Translations under genes and position numbers: made by a program
Source: a virus
Lineage: Duplodnaviria > Caudoviricetes
Virus record (IMG/VR): IMGVR_UViG_3300034096_000310
Location: 1-61,521 of that record
Length of the DNA stretch: 61,521 nt
Direction: 5' to 3' (one strand)
The notes under the pieces: model-generated
Databases searched by the model: none
What the model saw: only the letters and a program-made list of their open reading frames with translations
What the model was told of the DNA's origin: nothing
Part shown: positions 10,767 through 20,940 of the stretch, one piece after another
Position numbering within the stretch: the stretch's first letter is position 1
Layout of the letters: every line of letters starts with the position of its first letter

Positions 10767-11966
10767 ATGCCCACAATTCCCAATACATCGTTCAATGTCA
10801 AGTTTGATCTTGACGGAACCCCAACGCTGGTCTTAACAGACACCACCACAGCTCCGCCTGCCGGTCTCGTGGGTATCTTCGAGATCATCCAGCCTGATGG
10901 TTATGTAAGGACTGGAGATATTAATTCGCCAGACATTCCGTCTGCAGGCTCTAGCTTTTCGTTCGTCCTGACACTAGACGCCTCCGGGCAGGTGCAGAGG
11001 GGTTCTTATTCGATTAAGTATACGGCAGCGGCTCCGTCCTATTTGTCAACAGACTTTACTAGGACCTTCCAGTTTCAGTACGCGCCTGTGTCTTTGGTGA
11101 TGACCGAGCAGTTTGATGTCTTTACTCCTAAGTTAGAGTATATCGACTCAACTGCATATCAGGTTTCAAACTATAACAACACGGCGGTTACCAGAGCTTG
11201 GACGGCGGTATCTACTCCAACAGGAACTATTACAGGTAGCACAGCTACGTTTGATGTAAAGTATACTAATCAGTATTGGGACGCTAACTATACAATCACG
11301 CTTACCTCTAGTCTTGTCTATACCCACCAGACCTATGCTTGGTTGACCGTGGAGGAGACGATTACAAAGACGGTAAGTACATATGCTGAAACTCCAGCCA
11401 CCATCAGTCAGATTACCAGTCTGATTGTTTTGTTGAAAAACACATTAGAGAGTCAGGTAGATACTGTGAGTGAGTTCGCTCAAACAAGAGAGGACTTTAC
11501 ATATGCTCAGTCATTATTCGAACACATTATTTACAGGATTAGGCTTAATAACACTACAGGCATATATCGTGATTTAAAAGATCTGATTGCTGTATTGCGT
11601 AACTACCAGATCCCAACCTATGTTCCACTGAACGCCCCGATCGGCCCTTATGATTTAACGCCGCTATATCCGGGTGCTGCATGGGGAAATATTACTGGGA
11701 CAATCACAAATCAGACTGATCTTATAAACTACATAGCTAGTCAGATCAATGCTGGTAAGTATGTGGTAAACGTAGGGAACAACAGCGCTACGAGTTTTAC
11801 CGTAACACACAGCCTTAATACTCTTGACGTAGATGTTGAGTTGTTTGAAAATGCTACAGGAGAGACTGTGCTTGCAGACGTATCTAGAACTGGCGTGAAT
11901 ACTATATCAGTTTCTTTTGCTACTGCCCCAACAACAAATCAATACAGGGTTATTGTAAATAAATAA
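10767..11966 (+). CDS. Virion structural protein (tail/fibre-associated)
   Basis: Thr-rich beta protein; C-terminal FTVTHSLNT..VDV domain seen in phage fibres; ATG at 10767 preferred to TTG at 10749. Confidence 0.55.
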   Translation: MPTIPNTSFNVKFDLDGTPTLVLTDTTTAPPAGLVGIFEIIQPDGYVRTGDINSPDIPSAGSSFSFVLTLDASGQVQRGSYSIKYTAAAPSYLSTDFTRTFQFQYAPVSLVMTEQFDVFTPKLEYIDSTAYQVSNYNNTAVTRAWTAVSTPTGTITGSTATFDVKYTNQYWDANYTITLTSSLVYTHQTYAWLTVEETITKTVSTYAETPATISQITSLIVLLKNTLESQVDTVSEFAQTREDFTYAQSLFEHIIYRIRLNNTTGIYRDLKDLIAVLRNYQIPTYVPLNAPIGPYDLTPLYPGAAWGNITGTITNQTDLINYIASQINAGKYVVNVGNNSATSFTVTHSLNTLDVDVELFENATGETVLADVSRTGVNTISVSFATAPTTNQYRVIVNK

Positions 11967-11967
11967 T

Positions 11968-14900
11968 ATGAAATTCTTATCCAATATATTAGTTAAAGCA
12001 GGTTTAATCGTAGACGGTTCAACCACTTTAAATACAATTGCTAATGCCACCACCGATACAGATAAGTTCTTGGTTAGTGATGCTGGCGTGGTAAAATACC
12101 GTACCGGATCAGAAGTTCTTTCTGATATTGGCGCTCAAGGTTCTTTAACTTTAACCACTACTGGTAGTTCCGGTGCTGCCACATTGGTTGGAAATACTCT
12201 TAATATTCCGCAATACGCAGGCACCGTTACTTCTGTAGCGATGACTGTGCCAACAGGTTTGCAGGTCGGGGGAAGCCCAATTATATCATCTGGCACATTG
12301 GCGCTTACATTTCAATCAGGATACAGTATACCGACAAACGTAAAACAAGGCAATTGGGATGACGCCTATACGTGGGTGTCAAACTTCCCAACACAGACGG
12401 GGAATAACGGGAAATATTTAACTACAGACGGGAATACTCTTTCTTGGGGTACAATTAACATATCTGGTTATGTGCCTACCAGCCGATCACTGACTATCAA
12501 CGGCACTGCCTACGACCTATCGTTAGATCGCTCTTGGTCTGTTGGTACAATAACTTCAATAACAGGTGGTACTGGATTAACCGGTGGGACCATTACTTCG
12601 TCAGGCACTTTGGCATTTGATACGACTTGGGGTGATGCGAGATATCAACAGTTATTAACAAACCCAGTTACAGGCTCAGGCACAGCAGGTCAAGTAGCCT
12701 ATTTTAATGGCACTAACTCTATCACATCTTCCCCTACATTCGCCTTTACACCTACCTCACAACTATTAGTAAATAACTCTGTTACTGCTGCAAGTGCTAT
12801 TGCGAGGGGAATAAATGCCACTCCATCTTTAACTGCCGCTGCTAATAACGATGTCCTTGTTGGGTTGGATATTGCACCTACTTTTACCAATGGGGCATTT
12901 ACAGGAGTACAGAATTGGGGTATTCGTTCACAGGGAAGCATTTATGTACCTTCAAATATTAACGGTAGCGGTTTTGGAATTACAATACAAAATACCAATA
13001 GTGGCTCAAGTGCTTTGTCAGGTATGGGATTCCAAAATGACCAATCTCAAGGAACATCAATATTACAATATTCATCAACAAGAAACAATGTTGATAATAA
13101 TAATCAATACAACTGCGGACCTGCTACAATATTTGATTATCAAGGAGCTGGTTCGTTAGTATTTTCTTCATCTTTATCATCGGGTTCGAATAGAGGTATT
13201 AGATTTTTTACGGGTGCAAGTTCTTTGACTGCAACTGAAAAAGTTAGAATATTTGCAAATGGTAATGTTACAATTCAAAATGGCGGCACACATACCGATG
13301 CAGGCTTCCGTTTAGATGTGAACGGAACAGCAAGAGCCACTACAAGCGTAAACGCTGGTACAACAGTTTTAGCAGGATTTGGACAAGCGACAAGAAGTGA
13401 AGATGGTGTTACAAATAATAACTATTTTTCAACTGGTCAAGATATAATCTTTTCATCGAATAGGTTTAGAAGTAATTTTTTAAGTCCTTCAAATAGGTTA
13501 GTTTTATCAACTCAAAATATAGCCAATAGAACAGTGGCTTTATTATTTGGTATTGACGCTACACAATTAGACGCTGGAATTACTTTAGATAACAATACTA
13601 GAACTGTTTCTTTAATAAATAGTACAGGAAACTCAAATAGCTCAACTTATACACCTAGGCTAAATGTCTTTACAAGTGGCAACGTAGCTATAAACAGTTT
13701 AACAGACGCCGGTTTTCGTTTGGATATAAACGGCACAGCTAGAGTGCAGGGGAATACGACAATACAAACAACAAATCCTTTAATTAGATTAGTTAATAAT
13801 ACTGCTACAAATGATGACCCTATATTATATTATCAAGGGGGTTTATTAAGGCTTGTCGATTTTAGTAGTGCGAATAAAGGTTTATTTATCAATACTGCGG
13901 TAGGTAATGCTTCTTTGAGTATGAGTGGAAGTGCTAACGAAGCAACTACAATGTTCAGGGTTCACGGAAGTATAACCGCTGCCTCTGCTATTGCAAGAGG
14001 AGTAAACTTAACAACCACTTTAGTAGCAGCAGCCAATAACGATGTATTAGTAGGACTTGATATTAACCCTATCTTTACCAATGGGGCATTTACTGGTGTA
14101 ACTAATTTGGGATTGAGAGTTACAGGAAATTCAATTTTTTCAAGAAATCTAAATAGTAATACGTTTATAACTATAAGTAATACAACTGCAGGAAATTTAA
14201 GCCAAGCAACTTTAGGTCTTGTTAGTGATGCTTCAGCCGGTTCAGCAACATTTCGTAAAAATAGTTCAACAACAGGAGTATACAAAATTTTAACTGTAAG
14301 TTCTGCTCAAATTTACAATGAAACAGCGGGAGATATTGCAATCCTTAATGATGTTGCAACTGGTACAATTAAAATGGCTGCAGGGGCGAGTTCTACTTCT
14401 CAAATGCAAATTTTTGCAAATGGCAATGTAGGCATCAATCAAAATACCGATGCAGGCTTCCGTTTAGATGTGAACGGTACAGCAAGGGTACAGGGTACAA
14501 CTACTATTTCCGGAGATAATAATCTTATTTTTCAACGAGCAACAGATGGCAATTCATTATTAGGTGTTGAACTTAGAAATTCAGGTGGTAATGAAAGAGG
14601 AGCATTTAAAATAAATATGTCCACTGGAGAAGTTAGAATAGGAGCTACTAATGGTGGTGGTTTCTTCCCTACATTTTTTACTAATGGTGTAGAGGGTGGT
14701 AGATTTACTGGAGCTGGAACTTTCCAAACATCCGCATCCGTAACCGCTGCCTCAGCTATTGCCAGAGGGGTAAACTTTACCAACACTTTAGTAGCAGCAG
14801 CCAATAACGATTTTTTAGTAGGACTTGATATAAACCCTACTTTTACCAATGGTGCTTTTACAGGGGTAAATAATGTGGGTTTAAGAGTGAACTTCCCAAA

Positions 14901-17007
14901 TTCTGGTGCAAATAATGTAGCAACTTTTAGAACAGGCACAAACAATAATGCTAATCTAACTTCAATACAATTAGTAAACTCAGCATCAGGTTTAAGTTCA
15001 ATTGTTAATTTAGTTTCTGGTAACGTGGATAATGGAAATCCATATTTTGCTATTCAGAATAGAAATAATGCTGGAACAGTAAATGAAAACTTTAGAATTT
15101 TTCAATCAGGCAACGTAGTAATTCAAAACGGTGGCACATTCACAGACGCAGGCTTTAGATTAGATGTAAATGGTACTGCAAGGGTGCAGGGGACTGCAAC
15201 ATTTTTAGATGGGTTAAGAATTAATGGCGGATTTACTTCATTTAATGCATCTACTATATTTGGTTCACCAGCTCAATCAGGAAATACATTTAACTTTAAT
15301 ACACAATATGCAGGTGCAGCTACAGGTGCAACAAATTATTTTAATTTTACGGGAACATTAGCATCACAAACGGGTGGCTTATTTGTGTTCTTTAATATGG
15401 CGCAAACATTGAGCAATGCAAATAGTGCGCAAACATATAGAGGTTTTTATTATAACCCAACTGTAACAGGTTTAGTTGCAAATACATCGCATATCGCTTT
15501 TGAAAATACATCGGGTAATGTTCTATTAGGAACAACAAGTGGTAACGTAGCCATAGGTACATCTACCTTAGGTACTGCTACTGAACTAACTTTAGGTGGT
15601 AGTCAAACCGCATCATCTTCCATAGCAAGAGGTCAGTTATTAAATACAACCTTAGTAGCAGCCGCCAATAACGATGTCTTAGTAGGATTAGATATTAACC
15701 CTACGTTTACGAATGGGGCATTCACGGGGGTAACGAATTTGGCAATTAGAACATTAAGCGGAAGGTTGAGTTTTACGGGAGCTGCTGGAGGTGGTACTTT
15801 GAATTTATTTACTACTAATAGCACCTTTTTAAGTAATGCAAGTAACGGTGTTTTGACATTTAATCGAAATTCAAGTTCAGGATGGCAAGGAATTGAGCAT
15901 CAGGTTTCTGGTGCTTTAATGGCTTATGACGCAATTACTACCAGTGGAGAATTTAGAAGATTTGCAAATAGTGGTGGTTATTTTCAAACATTCTATTCTA
16001 ATGGTGTTGAAGCAATAAGGTTGAGTACTTCTCAAAATCTACTTATTGGCACCACAACAGACGCAGGCTTTAGATTAGATGTAAATGGTACTGCAAGAGT
16101 GCAAAGTTTCACAACAATAAATGCTGCACCTGCAGTAAATGCCGATGCTGCTTTAGCAGTTAATGCTACTACGAATAATAGCACAGGTGGTCAAATGAAT
16201 GGCATAAATAGCACTGCAACTGTTGTCACAAATACAGGTAATTTTTCAGGTATCAATTCAACTATAAATAATTCATCTACTGCCGTTTCAATGCTTGGTT
16301 TTAACGCTGCAGTAAATATTAGCGCAAACACAACAACACAAGCGAGAGGGTTTGCAGTAGGTGGAGCAGTAACAGGTTCAGGAGCCGTTACTACTTATGT
16401 AGGCTACGATTACGTTGATGTATTCAAATCAGGTAGCGGAGCAGTAACAAGGCAAAATGCTATAAGAATTGCTAATTTAACGGCAGGCAGTACTGCAAAT
16501 ATTGGCATACTATTTAACAATTCAGCAGGTACAGCAGTTAATGGAACTTGGGATATTTACTCTCAATCTGGTAATGCATCTTATTTAGCAGGTAACTTAA
16601 TGATAGGCACTACTACTGCTGGGGGAAGATTTACCATACAACCAACAAATGACCAAGTGGGAATGGCGATAAGCGGGTCTTCCCTCACAGGCTCAAATGC
16701 TCAAAGTTTAGTATCTCTCTCTCAAACTTGGAACACCACAGGCAATCCTACTGCTATAAAATTAGATGTAACAAATACTGCTTCGGGTGCAAATTCTTAC
16801 TTATTAGACCTACAAGTAGGCGGCATCCCACAGTTTACTGTATTTAAGGGTGGGGAAATTAAAACATCAAGTCCTGCTGGTGGTGTAGCACAAACTTGGA
16901 AACTCGGCTCAGTACAAGCGGTTACCCCTACATCACCGAACAGAACTATTGAAGTAGAAGTAAACGGAACAACATATTATCTTCACGCAAAAACAACAAA
17001 CGATTAA
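11968..17007 (+). CDS. Long tail fibre / receptor-binding protein with internal repeats
   Basis: 1679 aa, G/T/N/S rich; 4x AANND(V/F)LVGLDI.P.FTNGAFTGV and 5x TDAGFRLD(V/I)NGTAR. Confidence 0.8.
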   Translation: MKFLSNILVKAGLIVDGSTTLNTIANATTDTDKFLVSDAGVVKYRTGSEVLSDIGAQGSLTLTTTGSSGAATLVGNTLNIPQYAGTVTSVAMTVPTGLQVGGSPIISSGTLALTFQSGYSIPTNVKQGNWDDAYTWVSNFPTQTGNNGKYLTTDGNTLSWGTINISGYVPTSRSLTINGTAYDLSLDRSWSVGTITSITGGTGLTGGTITSSGTLAFDTTWGDARYQQLLTNPVTGSGTAGQVAYFNGTNSITSSPTFAFTPTSQLLVNNSVTAASAIARGINATPSLTAAANNDVLVGLDIAPTFTNGAFTGVQNWGIRSQGSIYVPSNINGSGFGITIQNTNSGSSALSGMGFQNDQSQGTSILQYSSTRNNVDNNNQYNCGPATIFDYQGAGSLVFSSSLSSGSNRGIRFFTGASSLTATEKVRIFANGNVTIQNGGTHTDAGFRLDVNGTARATTSVNAGTTVLAGFGQATRSEDGVTNNNYFSTGQDIIFSSNRFRSNFLSPSNRLVLSTQNIANRTVALLFGIDATQLDAGITLDNNTRTVSLINSTGNSNSSTYTPRLNVFTSGNVAINSLTDAGFRLDINGTARVQGNTTIQTTNPLIRLVNNTATNDDPILYYQGGLLRLVDFSSANKGLFINTAVGNASLSMSGSANEATTMFRVHGSITAASAIARGVNLTTTLVAAANNDVLVGLDINPIFTNGAFTGVTNLGLRVTGNSIFSRNLNSNTFITISNTTAGNLSQATLGLVSDASAGSATFRKNSSTTGVYKILTVSSAQIYNETAGDIAILNDVATGTIKMAAGASSTSQMQIFANGNVGINQNTDAGFRLDVNGTARVQGTTTISGDNNLIFQRATDGNSLLGVELRNSGGNERGAFKINMSTGEVRIGATNGGGFFPTFFTNGVEGGRFTGAGTFQTSASVTAASAIARGVNFTNTLVAAANNDFLVGLDINPTFTNGAFTGVNNVGLRVNFPNSGANNVATFRTGTNNNANLTSIQLVNSASGLSSIVNLVSGNVDNGNPYFAIQNRNNAGTVNENFRIFQSGNVVIQNGGTFTDAGFRLDVNGTARVQGTATFLDGLRINGGFTSFNASTIFGSPAQSGNTFNFNTQYAGAATGATNYFNFTGTLASQTGGLFVFFNMAQTLSNANSAQTYRGFYYNPTVTGLVANTSHIAFENTSGNVLLGTTSGNVAIGTSTLGTATELTLGGSQTASSSIARGQLLNTTLVAAANNDVLVGLDINPTFTNGAFTGVTNLAIRTLSGRLSFTGAAGGGTLNLFTTNSTFLSNASNGVLTFNRNSSSGWQGIEHQVSGALMAYDAITTSGEFRRFANSGGYFQTFYSNGVEAIRLSTSQNLLIGTTTDAGFRLDVNGTARVQSFTTINAAPAVNADAALAVNATTNNSTGGQMNGINSTATVVTNTGNFSGINSTINNSSTAVSMLGFNAAVNISANTTTQARGFAVGGAVTGSGAVTTYVGYDYVDVFKSGSGAVTRQNAIRIANLTAGSTANIGILFNNSAGTAVNGTWDIYSQSGNASYLAGNLMIGTTTAGGRFTIQPTNDQVGMAISGSSLTGSNAQSLVSLSQTWNTTGNPTAIKLDVTNTASGANSYLLDLQVGGIPQFTVFKGGEIKTSSPAGGVAQTWKLGSVQAVTPTSPNRTIEVEVNGTTYYLHAKTTND

Positions 17008-17009
17008 TA

Positions 17010-17288
17010 ATGAAAAAAATCAGTCCTCTTTCGATTTGGGTAAATGGCGAAACAAAGTCAGCCGAGTACCTTAACGCAGTGTGTATCAACCTTCAATTGG
17101 GTTCATCGGCTACCTTTTGCTATCAGCTCTTTACAGGTGTAGAAGTTGATGGTGTAATGCAACCCGGGGAGAATCTAACCTCTGGAAACCTGACAATGGA
17201 CGGCGAAGCCTACCAGTCTTGGACTACAGACGACGTGGCTTGGGATTGGATCGCAGCTCAGCTGAACCTGCAGATCATCGAAGCCTAA
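17010..17288 (+). CDS. Small acidic protein, possible fibre chaperone/accessory
   Basis: Directly follows the fibre gene. Confidence 0.45.
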   Translation: MKKISPLSIWVNGETKSAEYLNAVCINLQLGSSATFCYQLFTGVEVDGVMQPGENLTSGNLTMDGEAYQSWTTDDVAWDWIAAQLNLQIIEA

Positions 17289-17313
17289 CGGGTGTGGGAA
17301 ATTTAGGGGGTAA

Positions 17314-17349
17314 AACTATCTGAAATAGATAGTTATCCCCTTAACTTTG
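17314..17349 (+). promoter_or_regulatory. Palindromic operator plus -7 element TAACTTTG upstream of the lysis cluster
   Basis: AACTATCT-GAAAT-AGATAGTT at 17314-17334; TAACTTTG at 17342-17349. Confidence 0.65.
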
Positions 17350-17365
17350 TCCAAAATATATATCT

Positions 17366-17641
17366 ATGTTAGATTTTAACCAAGCAATGAAGGGACTTGA
17401 CGGCAAAGAAGTTCAGGACATGGACGGAAATTCCATTACCCTAGGTAAGCTTTTAGCCAGCCAATTGGCCTCTTCAAACAAAGGAGATGCACTCAAAATG
17501 TTTACATGGGCCCAGAAGGTCTACAATGGGGAAACCCTTGACCTAGACCCCAGTGATGAGGGTACGTTGAAGGACTTCATTAAGTCCAACGACAGCCTGA
17601 CCGTACTGGCTAAGGCCCAGCTTTTAAGTGTATTCAAGTAA
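17366..17641 (+). CDS. Hypothetical protein
   Basis: 91-aa ORF after a promoter, phage-like codon use. Confidence 0.6.
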   Translation: MLDFNQAMKGLDGKEVQDMDGNSITLGKLLASQLASSNKGDALKMFTWAQKVYNGETLDLDPSDEGTLKDFIKSNDSLTVLAKAQLLSVFK

Positions 17642-17647
17642 TTAGTC

Positions 17648-17905
17648 ATGGCGAACAGTTTGGAAAAGGTGAGGAGTTGGATCGGGCCGATGGTTATCTC
17701 TGGATTTAGCATGGTCCTATGGAGCCTGCTGCAAGAGATTCGGTCAGATGTCAAAACACTCCTTCAGGCGGAAGCGGCTACCAATATCAGGATTGAGAAT
17801 CTGGATAGAAGGATGTCCGAGGCTGAAAGAGCAATCACCCAGAACAGGCTGTTCGCCATTAAACCAGAAGAAGTTGAAATACCTAAGCCTCGCAAACGTA
17901 ACTAA
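17648..17905 (+). CDS. Single-TM membrane protein with coiled coil (holin/antiholin-like)
   Basis: Hydrophobic WIGPMVISGFSMVLWSLL followed by a heptad-like segment. Confidence 0.5.
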   Translation: MANSLEKVRSWIGPMVISGFSMVLWSLLQEIRSDVKTLLQAEAATNIRIENLDRRMSEAERAITQNRLFAIKPEEVEIPKPRKRN

Positions 17906-18065
17906 GGGATGGAGGACATCCATCATTGGGGCGGTAATGATTATCGCCGCCATTGCCAGTGTGTTTGTGAAGGAAGCAACTTGGGTTGATGCTACAGTGG
18001 CTATCTCTATTGGCATCGGGCTGCTGTTTGCTCCTGATGATGCCATTAAGAAGGCCAATCAATGA
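17874..18065 (+). CDS. Putative two-TM holin
   Basis: KGWRTSIIG followed by two hydrophobic helices and a charged tail; TTG start at 17874 is inferred. Confidence 0.6.
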   Translation: MKYLSLANVTKGWRTSIIGAVMIIAAIASVFVKEATWVDATVAISIGIGLLFAPDDAIKKANQ

Positions 18066-18598
18066 AGTACTTGATAATCATACTGTTACTGGTTTCTTGT
18101 AACCCCGTTAAGCGGGTGTTGAAGGACCCAGTCAAGTTGGATCAGGTAGCTCAGGAGGTTGTCAGGATGGGGTATTGCGTAAACGATACCACCGTTATAA
18201 CCGAGGTTAAGGACACGGTAATCTACCGCGACTCAATTGTCGAGAAGGTGGAGCAAATACCCTGCAAGGATTTTGATACTACTATTGGACGGGCCCGGAT
18301 CTGGGTCAGATCGGGGGTGCTAACATACAGCGCCAAGGATTCTGTAGTCTACAGAACCAAGACAATTACAAATACGGTTAGGGACAGGGAGTATGAGAGG
18401 GTTCTTCTCAGCGATCTGCGCATGTTAAAAGATACGCTATCTACTGAACGTAGTGAGGCTAAACTCCTCAAGTCTGAGTTTAAGTCTTATAAGATGGATG
18501 CAAGAATTGATAGGGCAAAATTGTGGCTAATCATAATAGCTCTGGTGATCTTTGCATTCAGAAAACAAATCACTTCAGTATGGCGCTTTTTCGTGTAA
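18062..18598 (+). CDS. Lipoprotein, putative unimolecular spanin
   Basis: Signal II lipobox LLVSC and C-terminal TM LWLIIIALVIFAF; next to the holin. Confidence 0.65.
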   Translation: MKYLIIILLLVSCNPVKRVLKDPVKLDQVAQEVVRMGYCVNDTTVITEVKDTVIYRDSIVEKVEQIPCKDFDTTIGRARIWVRSGVLTYSAKDSVVYRTKTITNTVRDREYERVLLSDLRMLKDTLSTERSEAKLLKSEFKSYKMDARIDRAKLWLIIIALVIFAFRKQITSVWRFFV

Positions 18599-18858
18599 AG
18601 GCAGCAAGAGACGGAAAGCATGCTTGGCAGGCGACCGGCACCAACCCAAAGACGGGTCGGGATATCACCCTTAAAGGTGGTGAGGCTAAGCATCGTGGCA
18701 AGTGGGGAACTCAAGGTGGGAAGAGCGAGGGGCGCGTAAAGAGCTTCTTTGCACGTCACGCCAAGAACGATAGCCCTGTTGCCTTCATCAATGCCTTGAA
18801 CTGGAAGCGTGGTTCGCAGATCGGGAAAACAGTGAACATCCCCAATAGTAAGTTCTAA
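18580..18858 (+). CDS. Small basic protein
   Basis: K/R/G rich, contains KSFFARH; start MALFRV at 18580. Confidence 0.55.
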   Translation: MALFRVKAARDGKHAWQATGTNPKTGRDITLKGGEAKHRGKWGTQGGKSEGRVKSFFARHAKNDSPVAFINALNWKRGSQIGKTVNIPNSKF

Positions 18859-19550
18859 TGAATATAAACGACGTACATAAAACAGTTTTGTATTTCCTGA
18901 ATAAGGAGCAAAATGGTTTCGTCACCCCAGAGGAGATCGACCTTGTTTTGGATAAGGCGCAGATGGTTTTATTTAACCAGTACCACACCAATCCTAAGGC
19001 GCCCTTTAACCCAGATGCTAGAAGCTTTGGTGACTCACAGCGTCTTGATGATGCACTCAGTGCCTTTAAGTCTAAGTACACGTTCACCACTAACTTAACA
19101 CCGTCTGGCGTTATAACACTCCCTAGCGATTACATCCACCTGATATCTCTTTTTACCACTCAGTATAACAACACGCTACAGCGTAATGTTTATTCGGCGG
19201 TTAAGGTATTGAATGAGGAGGAGCTGATTGATCGCCTTGAGTCTCAGGTTCTGCCTGTTACTCCAGATGAGCCTATCGCTATCATGAATAGCCAGAACAG
19301 GATTCAGCTATTCCCGGAGAGTCCGGCTACTGGTGGTGTTTATTATTTCAAGCGCCCAGCTGTTCCCGTGTTTGGTTACACACAGTCTGGCCGTACCATC
19401 ACTTATAATGCCGGTACTTCAACGCAGCTTGAGTGGAGAGATACTGATATCATGAATATTATCGTGATTGCCCTATCATACTATGGTTTGAATATGACCA
19501 ATGCAGATATTGTGCAGTTCGCTAACGTAAAGGAAATACAAGGACAGTAA
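18858..19550 (+). CDS. Tail ring/tubular protein
   Basis: LNKEQNGFVTPEE and YFKRP..P motifs as in crAss-related ring proteins. Confidence 0.7.
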   Translation: MNINDVHKTVLYFLNKEQNGFVTPEEIDLVLDKAQMVLFNQYHTNPKAPFNPDARSFGDSQRLDDALSAFKSKYTFTTNLTPSGVITLPSDYIHLISLFTTQYNNTLQRNVYSAVKVLNEEELIDRLESQVLPVTPDEPIAIMNSQNRIQLFPESPATGGVYYFKRPAVPVFGYTQSGRTITYNAGTSTQLEWRDTDIMNIIVIALSYYGLNMTNADIVQFANVKEIQGQ

Positions 19551-19551
19551 A

Positions 19552-20175
19552 ATGGCTACCACAAAATATAAAATATCTGAGCAAGTTCAACGCCTACTGA
19601 TGAGCAATCCATCTATCAGTGGTCGCTTTGAATTAAACGAGATTAAGATCTTGGTGGGTCAGGTAGCCAACCAGATTTTGAAGGCGGATTACTTTGGTGT
19701 AAACCTTCCTGAAGGAGACACCATCCCACAGAACTGTATGGTCTACACCTACGATAATGTGGCGGTAACTACTTATAAGACTAGCCTCAGTAGGGCTACG
19801 CTTCCTTCTATACCTATCAGCCTCCCTAGAAATATGGGTGTGCTGCACGTATCTAAGACGAATGCTATCGATGAGCCTTTCATCCCCATCCCTACTTCTA
19901 TGTATGGGATCGTAAAGCCGCAGGACCTTCTTGGTGATCTGTCTGGCTTGATCTCTTACGAGGTGGTGGGCAAGGATATCATCTTTAACACTAACCTTCC
20001 GGGCCAGAGTGTGAACTCGGTTTACATCCGGCTCGTGGGCGTAGATATCAATGCTGTAACAGACTATGAGATCCTGCCATTGACTGCCGATATGGAGGCG
20101 CAGGTGATTACTCAAGTATTCAACATATTAGTTCAAACACCTAAGGATACTAAACCCTTTGACGAAAGAGAATAA
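19552..20175 (+). CDS. Tail ring/structural protein
   Basis: Size and position within the ring gene cluster. Confidence 0.55.
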   Translation: MATTKYKISEQVQRLLMSNPSISGRFELNEIKILVGQVANQILKADYFGVNLPEGDTIPQNCMVYTYDNVAVTTYKTSLSRATLPSIPISLPRNMGVLHVSKTNAIDEPFIPIPTSMYGIVKPQDLLGDLSGLISYEVVGKDIIFNTNLPGQSVNSVYIRLVGVDINAVTDYEILPLTADMEAQVITQVFNILVQTPKDTKPFDERE

Positions 20176-20177
20176 CA

Positions 20178-20939
20178 ATGCAAGTAACAACACTCGATAA
20201 GATTGTAAGAGGGGCGCTGGCTGACAGGGGGTATACCATGCATTGGTACCTTCAGTTCCTGACATACGGGGTCAGCTGTCTTCGTGAGTTAAACTTTGAC
20301 GTTCTTCAAAACATCAAGAGTGTTCGTCTTCCTATTAACTCTTACAAGGCCGCTACGCTTCCTATAGACTATGTGGATTATATACGTGTAGGGAATGAGC
20401 TGGGTCAGTATCTATATCCTTGGGGAGAGAAGAGAGACTCCTTTAATCGCTTAAACAAGTTTGATTCACAAGGAAACAAAACCCCCTATGGAGACATCGA
20501 AGCAACAAATGGAATACTTCCTAATAACTGGGAAGGATTCTGGTACACTAATTATATTAACGACAAAGGAGAACATCTGGGACGCATATTCAATAACATC
20601 CCGGGCTTTAGAGAATCCTTTGTTATCCTCAGAGAACGCAACGAAATACAATTAGACGTAAGCTATACCGGCCAGTTTATTGTGATGGATTATATCACAG
20701 ATGGCATGACGCTTACTGCTGCAAATAATGTTCACCCCTATGCTATCGAGACGATCAAGGCTTATATCTTCTGGAAGATGAAGGAGCACGGACGTCAGTA
20801 TAATATGGGTGAGCGCCAGATGGCCAAGGAGGAGTTCTACAATCAGTTGAGAATCCTTAAGGGTCGAATGAATTCAATAGATGTACTCGATATCCGTCGT
20901 AGCCTACAGGCTTCTTACGGACCAGTGATAAAGAACTAA
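20178..20939 (+). CDS. Tail ring/structural protein
   Basis: LPIDYVDYIRV motif resembling LPSDYIHL of 18858-19550; position. Confidence 0.6.
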   Translation: MQVTTLDKIVRGALADRGYTMHWYLQFLTYGVSCLRELNFDVLQNIKSVRLPINSYKAATLPIDYVDYIRVGNELGQYLYPWGEKRDSFNRLNKFDSQGNKTPYGDIEATNGILPNNWEGFWYTNYINDKGEHLGRIFNNIPGFRESFVILRERNEIQLDVSYTGQFIVMDYITDGMTLTAANNVHPYAIETIKAYIFWKMKEHGRQYNMGERQMAKEEFYNQLRILKGRMNSIDVLDIRRSLQASYGPVIKN

Positions 20940-20940
20940 T

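Noticed and set aside
11968-17007. Fibre repeats as a diversity-generating retroelement or shufflon
   Set aside because: No reverse transcriptase, no TR/VR pair with adenine-specific differences, and no inverted cassettes or adjacent invertase.
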